Positions 50,134-62,599 of a stretch of DNA of 64,000 bases are shown here, one piece after another; position 1 is the first letter of the stretch, and the number at the start of each line of letters is the position of its first letter. The position numbers and the translations under genes are program-made. Origin of the DNA: Spongospora subterranea f. sp. subterranea (taxonomy: Eukaryota); assembly GCA_049724395.1 (NCBI GenBank), contig JAUGWO010000097.1, positions 1 to 64,000 on the forward strand, given 5' to 3'. The notes under the pieces are model-generated. The model searched no databases and had not been told where the DNA came from. It was given only the letters and a program-made list of their open reading frames with translations.

Positions 50134-51442
50134 GCGGGTCAATTGTTTTTTGGTACTTCTGCAGTCATTCGTCATGGAAAAATGCAATTTCTTCCACAAT
50201 TAATGACGCATCTTCTTGCTTTTCTGAATCATTGATGAAGTCAAGTCCATTTCGCTAGGGCGTCTAAGCAGCCTATACGGAAGGTTATTAAAGTCACTTT
50301 GAGAGATGTTTCAGAATCATTCGAATGGCTGTCAATTACTCTGCTAATTCCCGTTGTTTGTTTGTGATATGGATTTCCAATGCGTGCATTTCTTGCTGTA
50401 TCCGTTCATCCTCACACTTCATCCTGAAATGAAATTTCGTTATGGGGATCATATACACAACTGATTTGCCCTACTGTCTTGTTGCATGACAATAAAATTC
50501 ATCTAGAGCGACGGGATCGTCTCCCTCTGGAGGAGTGCTAACAATGGTCGACATCCCTGTTTCCAATAGCCATTTTTGGCAGCGTGAATGCATTTCTGAA
50601 GCCAACCTTTAAAAAACATCCCTTAAACCATACCAAATTACAAGCCTTGAAGCTCTTGTTCTCTTATCGAAGCAACCGCTGAAAGTCCCTCTAATTCGCT
50701 CCTAGTTTTGACTATTTGTGAATTACCGGCAGCTATTGACGCATTTGCAGCAGACAGTCGGCGCCTCAGCCCAGATGCGGTCTGTTTCAAATCGCGGCAC
50801 TAATGAACTAAAAGGTTACTGGGAACCTAGTAGGTCTTCAAATGATCACAACCTGATCCAAAACATGCCTGGTTAATTCGTTATCTCGAGTCAGGTAATC
50901 CATGGTTTGGTTGTGGTCATGAACTTTCTGAACACTTTTGTAGTAGTCAAAAAGTGAACTCTCAGATACAAAATTGACGCGTTACCAAATCTCAACCAGT
51001 GACGAATAATTTGCCTCTACGGTTTGTTTCTTCAGTTTGACCAGTTCCATTAACTCTACTTGATTTGGCTTTTCACGATTATGTTTTTTTCTTTGAGTTT
51101 TGCCAGAAGTCTTACGTTGGAAGCAATTCTTTCTCCTGTATGCGATTTCCTCTATAATGACTTGGCGCTTTGCTTCTTCTCTATAAAGCTCTTTGATCCG
51201 TTTTCGAACATCGTCCAGGAATCCCTTGACGGAATTAGTTCATCGCATGCAATGCTGCAACCAATTCAACCTGTTGCTGCAATAAATCAAAATCCGCCTT
51301 TTTCTTTTGGCTCACTAAATCGAGCTTGAACGCATTCTCCGATTCTTGTGCGGCTTTCAAATCTTTGAGCTCTACGAGCATACGCGCCAACAAATCAGTT
51401 CCAGTAGGGTTAACCATTATCAATCGTTTGACAGATTATAAA

Positions 51443-53130
51443 GCGATTACCGATATGGGTTTCGCATCACTTTGAAATGAGGGGTACTGGTAACACTATA
51501 GTCATGCACATGACCCACTGACATCGTCGTGTCATGTTCACGCTCACTACATGGCGAGTCACGATTGCGATTACCGATATGGGTTTCGCATCACTGTGAA
51601 ATGAGGGGTACTGGTAACACTATAGTCATGCACATGACCCACTGACATCGTCGTGTCATGTTCACGCTCACTACATGGCGTGAGTCACGATTGCGAGTAC
51701 CGATATGGGTTTCGCATCACTGTGAAATGAGGGGTACTGGTAACACTATAGTCATGCACATGACCCACTGACATCGTCGTGTCATGTTCACGCTCACTAC
51801 ATGGCGAGTCACGATTGCGATTACCGATATGGGTTTCGCATCACTGTGAAATGAGGGGTACTGGTAACACTATAGTCATGCACATGACCCACTGACATCG
51901 TCGTGTCATGTTCACGCTCACTACATGGCGAGTCACGATTGCGAGTACCGATATGGGTTTCGCATCACTGTGAAATGAGGGGTACTGGTAACACTATAGT
52001 CATGCACATGACCCACTGACATCGTCGTGTCATGTTCACGCTCACTACATGGCGAGTCACGATTGCGATTACCGATATGGGTTTCGCATCACTGTGAAAT
52101 GAGGGGTACTGGTAACACTATAGTCATGCACATGACCCACTGACATCGTCGTGTCATGTTCACGCTCACTACATGGCGAGTCACGATTGCGAGTACCGAT
52201 ATGGGTTTCGCATCACTGTGAAATGAGGGGGGGTACTGGTAACACTATAGTCATGCACATGACCCACTGACATCGTCGTGTCATGTTCACGCTCACTACA
52301 TGGCGAGTCACGATTGCGAGTACCGATATGGGTTTCGCATCACTGTGAAATGAGGGGTACTGGTAACACTATAGTCATGCACATGACCCACTGACATCGT
52401 CGTGTCATGTTCACGCTCACTACATGGCGAGTCACGATTGCGAGTACCGATATGGGTTTCGCATCACTGTGAAATGAGGGGTACTGGTAACACTATAGTC
52501 ATGCACATGACCCACTGACATCGTCGTGTCATGTTCACGCTCACTACATGGCGAGTCACGATTGCGATTACCGATATGGGTTTCGCATCACTGTTGAGGG
52601 GTACTGGTAACACTATAGCGGAAATGTTTATGTGACCACAGTGGTGAATCTTTACCGATATCAACTACCATTTGGGTGTGTGATCGATCGAATACGATTG
52701 CTCCATATTGTAATTGAATTGAGAGAAATTATAACACCGAGATTGAGTTGGAATCGCTGTCAATTTGAGACATGGGTTTCGCATCACTGTGAAATGAGGG
52801 GTACTGGTAACACTATAGTCATGCACATGGACATCGTCGTGAGGCTCATACATGGCGAGTCACGATTGCGATTACCGATATGGGTTTCGCATCACTGTGA
52901 AATGAGGGGTACTGGTAACACTATAGTCATGCACATGACCCACTGACATCGTCGTGTCATGTTCCGCTCACTACATGGCGTCCGTTTACCGTAACACTAG
53001 GACCCACTGACATCGTTCGCTCACTACATGGCTTCACTGTGTGAGGGGTACTCGTCTGCACTGTACATGGCGAGTCACGATTGCGAGTACCGATATGGGT
53101 TTCGCATCTACTGGTAACACTATAGTCATG
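51443..53130. repeat. Satellite, 124-bp unit, ~9 clean copies plus scrambled partial copies
   Basis: accgatatgggtttcgcatcactgtgaaatgaggggtactgg...cacgattgcga(t/g)t starts at 51449, 51573 and onward; interrupted ~52620-52770. Confidence 0.97.
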
Positions 53131-53358
53131 TAAACGACATCTATTGTACCTCATTCAACGATTCGCGTTGAAATCTGTAGCCGAACGCAATCTGCTCACA
53201 AGTATTCGATATCGATAGCAACATGCCTCATGGTAACTGTGCACGATACTGCTCATGAAATAGGTCTAGTATTTGAAATTTTTTTATGTATAAACAATTT
53301 CTGACATTTTTTTTAATCACAATCATAGATGCACACATAGCTCATAATGGAGGCAGAT

Positions 53359-54327
53359 TTAAAAGATTCCTGCAGATCCAACTGATCCTAATGATCCATA
53401 ATCGTTATCAATATTGCTGTGTAACCCCATTGTCGCTGAGCCGGAGTCACTGCCGAAACTCGAGGAACCGATTCCACCGCTTCCCCACGTTGCAGATCCG
53501 CCTCCTTGGCTTCCAAAGCTGGCGGATCCCATTCCTGAGCCAAAACTAGCTGAACCTGCAATTACCAATGTTGGTCAATTGGTTAATAACAAAGGCCATG
53601 ACACATATTTACCGGTCGTTTTCTTGTATACCACAGGTTTCGCAGCTTTCGATGCCGCTTTACTTGCTTTCGATGCTGTATTACGCTTGGCTGCATGCTT
53701 CTTTTTGGATGCGGCGGATTTAACATTGGCCGAATTGGCTGCGTTTTTAAAAGCTGCTTTGTTGGCCATCTTGTTTGCCAGGTTGTACTTGCTGGCTTGA
53801 GATTTTGCAGCAGCTTTGTTCGCGACATCCTTGGCAGCGGTTTGTTTCTTAGCGGCGGCCTTGGACGCGGATTTAGCTACAGCAGCATTGGTGTCGTGAT
53901 GCTGAGTTATGTCGCTTGCCTTCTTCGAGTATATGTTGAGCTTCTTCGCGCGGTTAAACTTATGGGTGCGTTTCTTGGCTGCAGATGCGTTTTTGACTTT
54001 TGTTTTCGCTTGATTGGATGATGCCGCCTTAGCATGATTATTCTTCATGGCTGACTTGTTGGCCAGTGCTTTGTTCAGCTTCTTATGTTTAGCCTTTTCA
54101 GCTTGAGCTGCTTTGTTCATCTTTTTGGCTGCCGCATTCTTAGTTGCAGCAGAGTTTGATTTGTCCACGAATGCGTTACTCATTGCTGATTGTTTTTTAG
54201 CGACATTTGATCCATGGGAACCATATGTATCAACAGATCCAATTCCAACACCAGACAGACTGCCGTAGTCGGCACTGATAGAAATGGCGAGGAGCACGAC
54301 CGCCAACGAGAAAACTGCCACCTTCAT
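53359..54327 (-). CDS. Secreted Ala/Lys/Asn-rich protein with Gly/Ser-rich ends, 303 aa, intron 53556-53612
   Basis: Signal-peptide-like MKVAVFSLAVVLLAISISA; a 57-nt GT-AG intron joins the A/K-rich ORF in frame to GSASFGSGMGSASFG...AGIF*. Confidence 0.85.
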
Positions 54328-54451
54328 GTTTTGAATGTTGTAAGCTAAAGTTGATCTGTTCAAGTTCAGAACAATTTGCACAATGAACGGAATCGTAAAT
54401 CATGGTCGGTGAAAGTACGATTCCGGTCGGTCTCCGGTCGGTCTGCAATTC

Positions 54452-54920
54452 GGGGCGGCGGCCGGTCGATCAGCAACTTGAAGGCGGCGGCCGGTCGGTC
54501 AGCAACTTGGAGGCGGCGGCCGGTCGGTCAGCAACTTGAAGGCGGCGGCCTGTCGGTCAGCAGCTTGAAGGCGGCGGCCGGTCGGTCAGCAACTTGAAGG
54601 CGGCGGCCGGTCGGTCAGCAACTTGAAGGCGGCGGCCGGTCGGTCAGCAACTTGGGGCGGCGGCCGGTCGATCAGCAACTTGGAGGCGGCGGCCGGTCGG
54701 TCAGCAACTTGATGGCGGCGGCCTATCGGTCAGCAACTTGAAGGCGGCGGCCTGTCGGTCAGCAACTTGAAGGCGGCGGCCGGTCGGTCAGCAACTTGGG
54801 GCGGCGGCCGGTCGATCAGCACTTTGGGCGGCGGCCGGTCGATCAAAATTTTGGGCGGCCGGTCGACCAGCAATTCGGCGGCGGCGCTTGGTCAGCATTT
54901 CGGTGCCGGCCGGTCGAACT
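54452..54920. repeat. GC-rich minisatellite, ~29-bp unit
   Basis: ggcggcggccggtcggtcagcaacttgaa in ~15 variable copies. Confidence 0.95.
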
Positions 54921-55058
54921 ACAAATGGTTCATCGAACGACCGAGAGCCATAGGTTTCGCGACTCCTGGAACTGCCTTCAATGCAAAATTGTCATGATCC
55001 GGAACATGAATTCGATAGTCTAAAAAACATCTGTTATGACTAAACATGTGATCCTATT

Positions 55059-56262
55059 TTATAATTTCGACATTTCATGGCAACATTGCAGTGACAATGT
55101 CTCATATCGTCTGAGCTTGGCTGAGAAGGGTCGAACAATGGGTCCGGCTGGGTTGATATCATGATCAGATCCCCATGGTGATGGCGATAACGATGGCCAC
55201 GGTTTGTTACTCCCTGTATAGCTATACATGGACCTGGTGTGGAATGGCGGCGTATGAGGCGGGGCGTATGTGGGCGGATCAGATGGCGCTACTGTGATCC
55301 CATCCCTCTGCCCATCCCTGATCACCATCTCGCCCATGATTCCATCCTCCCCGTTATCCAATCGCGCCTCATACCTCCTTGGCACCCTATAGATCTCACT
55401 CTTGGTAATATTCCTTGGCACCATAAACCCATCATGGACAATCGAGGACCTGATCATCTTCCTAAACGGCCTCATCCTGGCCGCCAACTCCTCATTCCTT
55501 CCTTGCCATTCCTTACTAGTTCCAATAGGATTATGCACTATTAGATTGTGTGTTGATCTCTGACAAGGATGTAGCTGCCGTTCCACAATCTTCTTTGGGC
55601 ATTGAATTCTGTTGGATTGGACAGGATCATATGATTTTGGCGAGGTTGGCGAGGTTTCCTCGATCGGTTCGGGTTCATCGGGCACAATTGGGTCATGAAA
55701 TCCAATAATTAGATCCCTGAATCCATCTTTGTTCCCTCTCTCACTGTTCACCAACAGCTGTTGACGACGCCCTGTCACCTCAATTCCCTTATCCATCAGA
55801 ATCCTCCCAGCTCTTACTGCCGTGATCCTCCCGCCCTTCATGAAGGTCCTTGAACACGTCGTGCAATTGGTTAGTCGATGATCGGCCAGTATTCCCTCGC
55901 CCTTTACTGTTCTCGGATCCTGCGAATATCGCCGGTTTCCGTTCGTACGCGGGATAGGGTTTGAAGGAATACGGCGGCGCGCTCTGTTGACACAATCGAT
56001 CACTATCGGGAACGGTGAGCGAATAGAGCAGATTCGATAGAGTTAATGGTGGCTTGATAAGGGCGCATCGATACGCTTGAGTTATATCAAGTCCAATTTT
56101 TGATAAATGATCGGTGAGTTCATAGGTCGTCATCGTTCCAGTATCGAATCGCCGAAACAACGCCACAATTTCATCACGATGATTGTGGACATTGAATTTT
56201 AACTGGGCAACGCTAAGGAAACATATATTTTCGTAGTGATGAATGGGTTTCGCCAACGCCAT
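55059..56262 (-). CDS. Hypothetical protein with two EF-hand-like repeats, frameshift near 55830
   Basis: IVALFRRFDTGTMTTYELTDHLSKIGLDIT parallels LHDVFKDLHEG/RITAVRAGRILMDKGIEVT across two overlapping ORFs. Confidence 0.55.
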
Positions 56263-56772
56263 ACGGCAATCTATGGGAATTCCAGATTATGACGAAGGCG
56301 GCGGATTCGGGACCTGGATCATTTTGGTACTGTCGTAGGGAAACAGTTATACGTTTTCCCGTCTATATTTGAACATTCAGACTTTCCTTGTGATATCGCG
56401 CCAGGAAACAATCTAAGAGTATTTACCGGTCCATAGCAAAAAATAAACCGTTTCATTGGATATGGGCGAGATGGCGCTGTCAACGCGCCAACTGGACTCG
56501 GACGATGGGTAATCCCAACAATTAATGGTGGCGGGGTGATTGATATCGCATCCCTCGGTACTGAACAACATAGTGCAGGCTGTAAGTTATGGCTGAGAGA
56601 TCATCACGATCGGAATCGGATTAGATGATACTTATGGTGATTAGCGGGATTCGGTAGATCGGAACGACACATATGGGCAAGAAGACCCCGGAACGGTTCC
56701 CATAGCGGAACTCGGGCCGGATTATATTTCATTTGGCAATCGTCTGAACATCATCATCACGTTTAATCGACC

Positions 56773-57604
56773 ATGAATGCGCCTTCCGTTCTTGTAATCT
56801 TAGCCGTTGTATTGGCCGGATTCTGTCTAGAATCTGAGGCGTTTGTTGGTGGAGGAGGTGGCATAATCGGTAAAGGCGGTGTTGGATATGGGAATGTGGC
56901 AGGGTTCAGCAACGCCGCCCACCTGAAAGCGGCTAACTCCAAGAACGCCTTCAACCGAGCCAATATCGCCAACTTCCGAAACGCGGCAGCTAAGCAGGCG
57001 GCCGCTCGTAAGGCGTACAAGGCAGCAGCGGCAGCTCAGGCTAAGGTCAACAGGCTCAATAAGAACGTCGCCTCCGCTAAAACCGCTAAAGCTAATGTCG
57101 CCAAGACAGCTGCATCTAATGTAGCTGCTGCCAAGGCTAAGAAAGCTGCCGCCTCCAAGGTTCATTCCGCCAAATTCGCCCGCGCCAAGAACCTGAACGT
57201 GTTCTCGAAGAAGGCGTCGGATGTGACTAACAGTGTTGTCTATGACGCCGCCCATGCTAAATCTGTTGCCAAAGCTGTGGCCAAGAAGCAAGCCGCTGCT
57301 AAGAAGGTGGCGGCTCGTGCTGCAGCCGCTAAGAAGGCGGCTAATGTTAACGCTGCTAACTCTGCTAAGTCCAACGCTGCCTACAAAGCGGCTTCTAACG
57401 CAGCCGCAGTGAAGTCGGCAGCCAAGAAGGCGGCGAATCGGGCCAATAAAAAGGCGGCAGCATCGAATGCGTTCGCGGACCAACAAAGCACATGCTAAAC
57501 GGGGCAAGAATGCTGGATATGGAAATCGTGGATTCGGTAAAGCTGGATATGGTGGTCTAGGATATGGGGGTTTCGGATATGGAGGATATGGATCATTCAC
57601 CTAA
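56773..57604 (+). CDS. Secreted Ala/Lys/Asn-rich protein with Gly-Tyr-Gly tail (+1 frameshift near 57477-57482)
   Basis: Signal-peptide-like MNAPSVLVILAVVLAGFCLESEA; the A/K-rich body continues in the next frame as NKAHAKRGKNAGYGNRGFGKAGYGGLGYGGFGYGGYGSFT*. Confidence 0.85.
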
Positions 57605-58375
57605 TCCAATCAATTACTTGCTCAGGTTGTGGTTTGTTCCCTTTTTCCTTGATAAAACATCCCAGTTGACCACCAACAGCCCAACTCCCCATAGTAGCAA
57701 TATTAGTGCCGATGGACCGCCATATTTCCTGGAATATATTCCCAGATAAACCCCTGACGTGGTCCCATATCTTTAGGTAATATACCCTTTTTACTGCACC
57801 ATTATCTTGTCAGGGTAATCGCCCCTTTCCAAAACCGTAAACCAGTTATCAATAACAGGCATAACGGCGGGGGGGACGGAGGTGATTATCGGTGCCAATC
57901 CTACGTTAACTGATGACCATTCCTGTTGTGTTGATTGGCTACGGGGCGAATAACCATGACAGCAAAGGGGTTAAGGGACCTCATTATAACCAAACACAAA
58001 CTGAATATCAATTACATCAAACAACTTCTGCCATATATTGACACACCTTCGACCAGTGTCTGCTGCCTTGAAGACACAATCAACGATGAGGGCACTGTTT
58101 GGAACTTGGCCATGTTTTGTTTTTGAAAACAATTCAATCATATTGTTTTATCAACAATGTGTTTCGAGGTATTTTTTATCTCGACAGCAATTAAGCTTCA
58201 TTTCGGTCTCATAGATCTATGTTAGATAATGTTTTCGCCCCAAAAAATTGGGTCTGATCCATCTGGGTATTATATTCACCGGTGCTCTTCTGTTCGAAGA
58301 CCCCTCTCCTAATCGACGAGCCGGCAAGCGCTAATCAACCACATCGCTTTCAAAGCCCATTATCCGAAAAGGGCA

Positions 58376-59667
58376 ATGGCGCTACACCCACTGGCAAGAG
58401 GCCACGCATAAACTGACGCTCCCTGTTACCGTCCTCGGAGACCGTGACTGTGTTCAGGGCTGTGCCAGTGCCCAGGGCTGCGGCGCCAGGAACTGGGGCC
58501 GCAGCCAGCGAAGACCTGTGAACAGAAGAATATCGATATCGATTCAGGTCGGTGCTGGCACCGCAAAACGGTCTGGTCCAATAGACTTCTCCACTGAATA
58601 ATAACCATAACTCTGCTTTCTTGTCTTGTTATTGATCTGTAGAACGGGATATCTACAGTTTTAGATTGCAAAAGAACAAACGCGGTTACGTCCTAATGCG
58701 AAACAAAGTTAGGCCCACTGTTAGAACTAAACGAAGTTCACGTAAAAAAAAAACTGCAGAAACAAGCTCAAGTTCTGATGAAGACGTAAATATCCATCAC
58801 CTTTCTCCGCTCTTTGTCATTTGATTTTTTTTTTTTTGCAGTTTCTTAGTGATGAATGCTCATCTGCTAAGTCAGTACCCGTACCAGTACCAACAAGACG
58901 AACACGACGACGGTCAGACATTCCCGATGTGGCAACAGGGGAGGCCATTATCAGCGCCCCACTGAAAAGGATCGATACCTCGAAGGTGCGTCCAGTTGTA
59001 GACGCCGATAATTGTGCCTATTTCCAGAAGATCGACAGACCAGGTCTTAATGAATACAAACAAGGTGATGAATATGTTAGCTCTATGAACGAACCTGGTC
59101 TCTGACAGCTAACATATAGTTCATGCTCCTAAGGATCCTGCTTGCGTCAAATACTGTTCGATGTCGTTAACCCATCTCAGGAATCGTATCAAATTCATTT
59201 GTAAGCGTATGCGGATCACACAAACTCAGCTATCGCAGAGCCTTAATCTCAATAACGTACGTTCTGTTGAATTGGAAGTTTCCTGTTGTCGTCACAAGCT
59301 CAACGGGAGGTTTCCCAGGGAAATATGTCAGGAGCATTATTGGGAATGTATTCCGCTGCATCTGCAACAATATACATCTACGTGCTTTCACAATGGGCTT
59401 TTTACATGGATAAAAAGTTCGTGGATGAGTTCAAGGCCGAGTTTATTATGAGAGATCTAGGCGATGCGGTGCTCGTTGCCCACTCACGCCAACTTCAGGA
59501 ACTGACTAACACTTTTATTTCAGGCGAATACTGACGAGGACGAAATCTTAGCGAAAATTGCGGCAGCACTGTCGACGGAGGTGGACTTGTTATCCGAATT
59601 CATGTCATTCGAATGTGATCCGTCGACTCGCGAGCCGATTGATAATCGGATCATGAAATACCTGTAG
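58376..59667 (+). CDS. Multi-exon basic protein with a Cro/XRE-like helix-turn-helix segment (5' end uncertain)
   Basis: Exons RNRIKFICKRMRITQTQLSQSLNLNN|..VSQGNMSGALLG; intron with ctaac branch point before ANTDEDEIL..MKYL*. Confidence 0.5.
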
Positions 59668-59784
59668 GCGCTGGATTGTCATCAGTTGTGGCTCCACGTC
59701 GTTGACCGTCGCTGCAGTAATCTTGATCTAAGTTTCACTGGTAAACGGGGGCGTCGTCTTATTGAGGCTAGTCCACCAACATCG

Positions 59785-61928
59785 ATGGATGTGAGTCCTG
59801 GTTCTGATACTGCTATCGATCTCAAAACACAAGCTGTGCTTGATTCGTGGCTCTCGCGTTCATCCGACATCCTTTACCTACCTGATTCGGATAGCGGCAA
59901 ATACATATGCCCAGGGTATTCCTCCAGCAAATTCAAGTGCTCCGACAAACCACAAATCCACACCTTGAATGCGTTCGGCTTGTATTCGGATGAATCTTCT
60001 GCTAATGTGATTATCAACGCTGGTGGGCCCATTACACTTATTGAATGGGTGCCAAGAGGTGTGTCATATCATCAATTCGGGATGGGGTTCTCATGAATCT
60101 ATGTAGCGGCGTCTCAGACACAGTTCCTCTTAGTTTGCTCAGAATACAAACAGGGAGAATCTAACAAGAAGCAGAACGCCCTTATCCAAGTAATTACAGA
60201 TACGGAGTCTGTCTTCAGTGCTAACGCGGAATTCAGATCTATGAGTTAGGTGGAACATCATCGTTTCCCGATACAACTATATCTCGCATGCGTCTCGGAA
60301 TTGTTATTGATCAGATTGGTGCCATCTATTGTGCTCAATTCTGTCCGTTTCTAACGCAGCGTCAGGACGTAAGCTCTTTGGCCTAATTGTTGCTCTAGTT
60401 AATTTTTACGTTGCAGGATTCTGGGGATGATACATCAGGCAATTTAGGGGTTCTGGCGATAAGCGGTGCTGATGGATCGATGAGAATCTATGTGATTCCT
60501 CACCCAGATTTGCTCTCCCAATCCGATTCAATCATGATCAAGTTACGATGTTTGAAATGATATCGTAATTTGGTGTTGACATTCCGTCTGTTTAGGATAA
60601 GCCCTGTATTCCACTTCTCAATCTCCGAGTTCCCAGTATTTACATTTCGTTGGCACCGCTCTAATTCAAAAGAAGTTGTGCCCGTTATTTTAGCTGGTAG
60701 TTATCAAGGTCTCGCTCATGTCAAACCTGCAATATTTTATTTAGAATCGCTCAGGAAGTGTTCTTCTCTGGGATATACGTACTGGGAATTCATCTCCTGA
60801 ATTAGTGGCATTTGTTGCTCGCACGGTCAACGTGAGTTTCACACCGATCGTTTGATCGATGAGTTTTATGACACATAATCGGTTGTAGGATTGTGTGACT
60901 CAAGTTGCCTGGTGCCATCACAACCGGTTCGATTTCGTTATCGGGACGCATTCAGGTCTAGTTCGATTATATGATGTTCGATGCCCTGGCACTCCTTTGT
61001 GGACGTTTGATGCGTTTCGTACGTTGTCTGTTCTCTCGGCGTTCGTTCGCCATTGAATGGTTCTCGATTTAGGTCCAGTGTATGGCATTGAACCCATGGC
61101 AGATGGAAACGGATACGCTTTAGCCATCGCAACTGGAATCAGGTTCCTGTCGGTCAGCAACGGGAGTTCCAGGTATTTGTAAATCTGACGTGTCGTCCGC
61201 CGTCTGAACTTTATCGATCAATCACAGCGCTCCCCTGTTCTGGCTGGATCTTCCCTTTGAGGGTGCGACGCCGACAGTAAGATGGCTCGACCGCATTTTT
61301 AAGGCGATATCAATCCTGATTTCATAGAAGTCTTTCGTCGTACCCGCTTTTCAATAGCGTAGCTTTATCCCTGACCACCGATACTGGCTGTTGCGCGTTC
61401 GCCATCATCGAAAGCCGTACTCACCTGGTTTGGCTTGTCATCAAAACATAGTCTGATTTCTTATTCCTAATTACGTAGAAAAAGTCTCAGCAGCGGAGAA
61501 TCGTTGAAGTGCCATCGTACATCGACGTAACCTCTGTAGATGATCCATCGGAGCGTCCTTTAGTGGTGTTCGGAAGTGCTGTTTCTACGTCTACGAGCGT
61601 AATCGTTTCTTTCTCAACGATGTCTTGATTTACCCCCTTGTTATTGCAGCTACAGGTTATTTCAGCTGCGAAAGCAAATGCCCCGCGTCGTGAGCGATTG
61701 CGATCTGCTCTGCCGAAACATGCTTCCTCCGAATTGCTTTTAAACCACGATCACATCCTCTCATGGTAGACTGGAATCCTCTTCAATGTGTTTCTCTCTT
61801 ATTCAGAGTTTGGTATTAGCTGCTCCTTCAATCCTAATATCAAAATGGACGTTCCTCTTTTTGTTTCTGGCGGTCGACTAGGGATTGTTCGTGTTCAACG
61901 TTTACCACCTATTCCTGCACTATTTTAA
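59785..61928 (+). CDS. GTF3C2: WD40 protein resembling TFIIIC subunit 2 (Tfc6/TFIIIC110), multi-exon
   Basis: INAGGPITLIEWVP, LGVLAISGADGSMRIYVIPHP, VLLWDIR, GLVRLYDVR, terminal SGGRLGIVRVQ. Confidence 0.7.
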
Positions 61929-62599
61929 CGATATATAAACATATTTTATGCGCCTGACATTCGTTATTTTTCACTGCTGATTGGGATCTGGAGATGTGCT
62001 CAGAGATCGAATGATTGCTGTTTGAAGCGACCACATCAAGGTCATTGAGGCTCTCATTTCCTTCCTCAATTCGCCAACATGTGCGCTCAGCGACAACAGT
62101 TCATGGTCTAAATTGTCAAGCGACGTTCGAACTTCGTCATTAGCCACTCTTTTTTCACTTCTGCTGTCTTCAGAGTCAGCACGAGAGCCGTCAATTCTTA
62201 AAAACCAAATTACTTCAACGTAGTCTTGCCCCCGCTTTTCTGCATTCGCGTCGAATACGTTTTATTTTTTCCCGCAGGCATCCACGTGCTGGTTATCTGG
62301 GAATCCATCAATGGTTTGCCCATCGTTGCTGCCATAGCGGCCATGCTCGTGAACTCCCGTTCCGACTTCATCCGTTTGATACTATTTCAGAGTACAGAAC
62401 AATGAGACTAAATTGGTCCGATCGATGTGGCTCTTTACGGGTATCATATACTGTACACACACACACACTCACTAAAGTGCAACAAAACCCAAACGTTATT
62501 GGGCGGTTGAGTATCCTATAGATACCTCAACCCACAGACCCAGGTGGTTGCCTGGATATCCTACATTACATAACCAGGCGGTTGACACTGGACTCGGTT

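Noticed and set aside
50150..51423. Minus-strand coiled-coil-like frame
   Set aside because: Broken by stops and frameshifts, and no family is recognisable
24470..53130. Tandem arrays as CRISPR arrays
   Set aside because: Units are contiguous with no variable spacers, no cas genes are present and the context is eukaryotic
56827..57600. 257-aa minus-strand ORF and similar antisense ORFs at 53414-54021
   Set aside because: Antisense shadows of the low-complexity Ala/Lys genes
58376..61928. Single HTH-WD40 fusion gene
   Set aside because: The upstream frame ends MKYL* at 59667 and the splice options tested did not bridge to the WD40 frame
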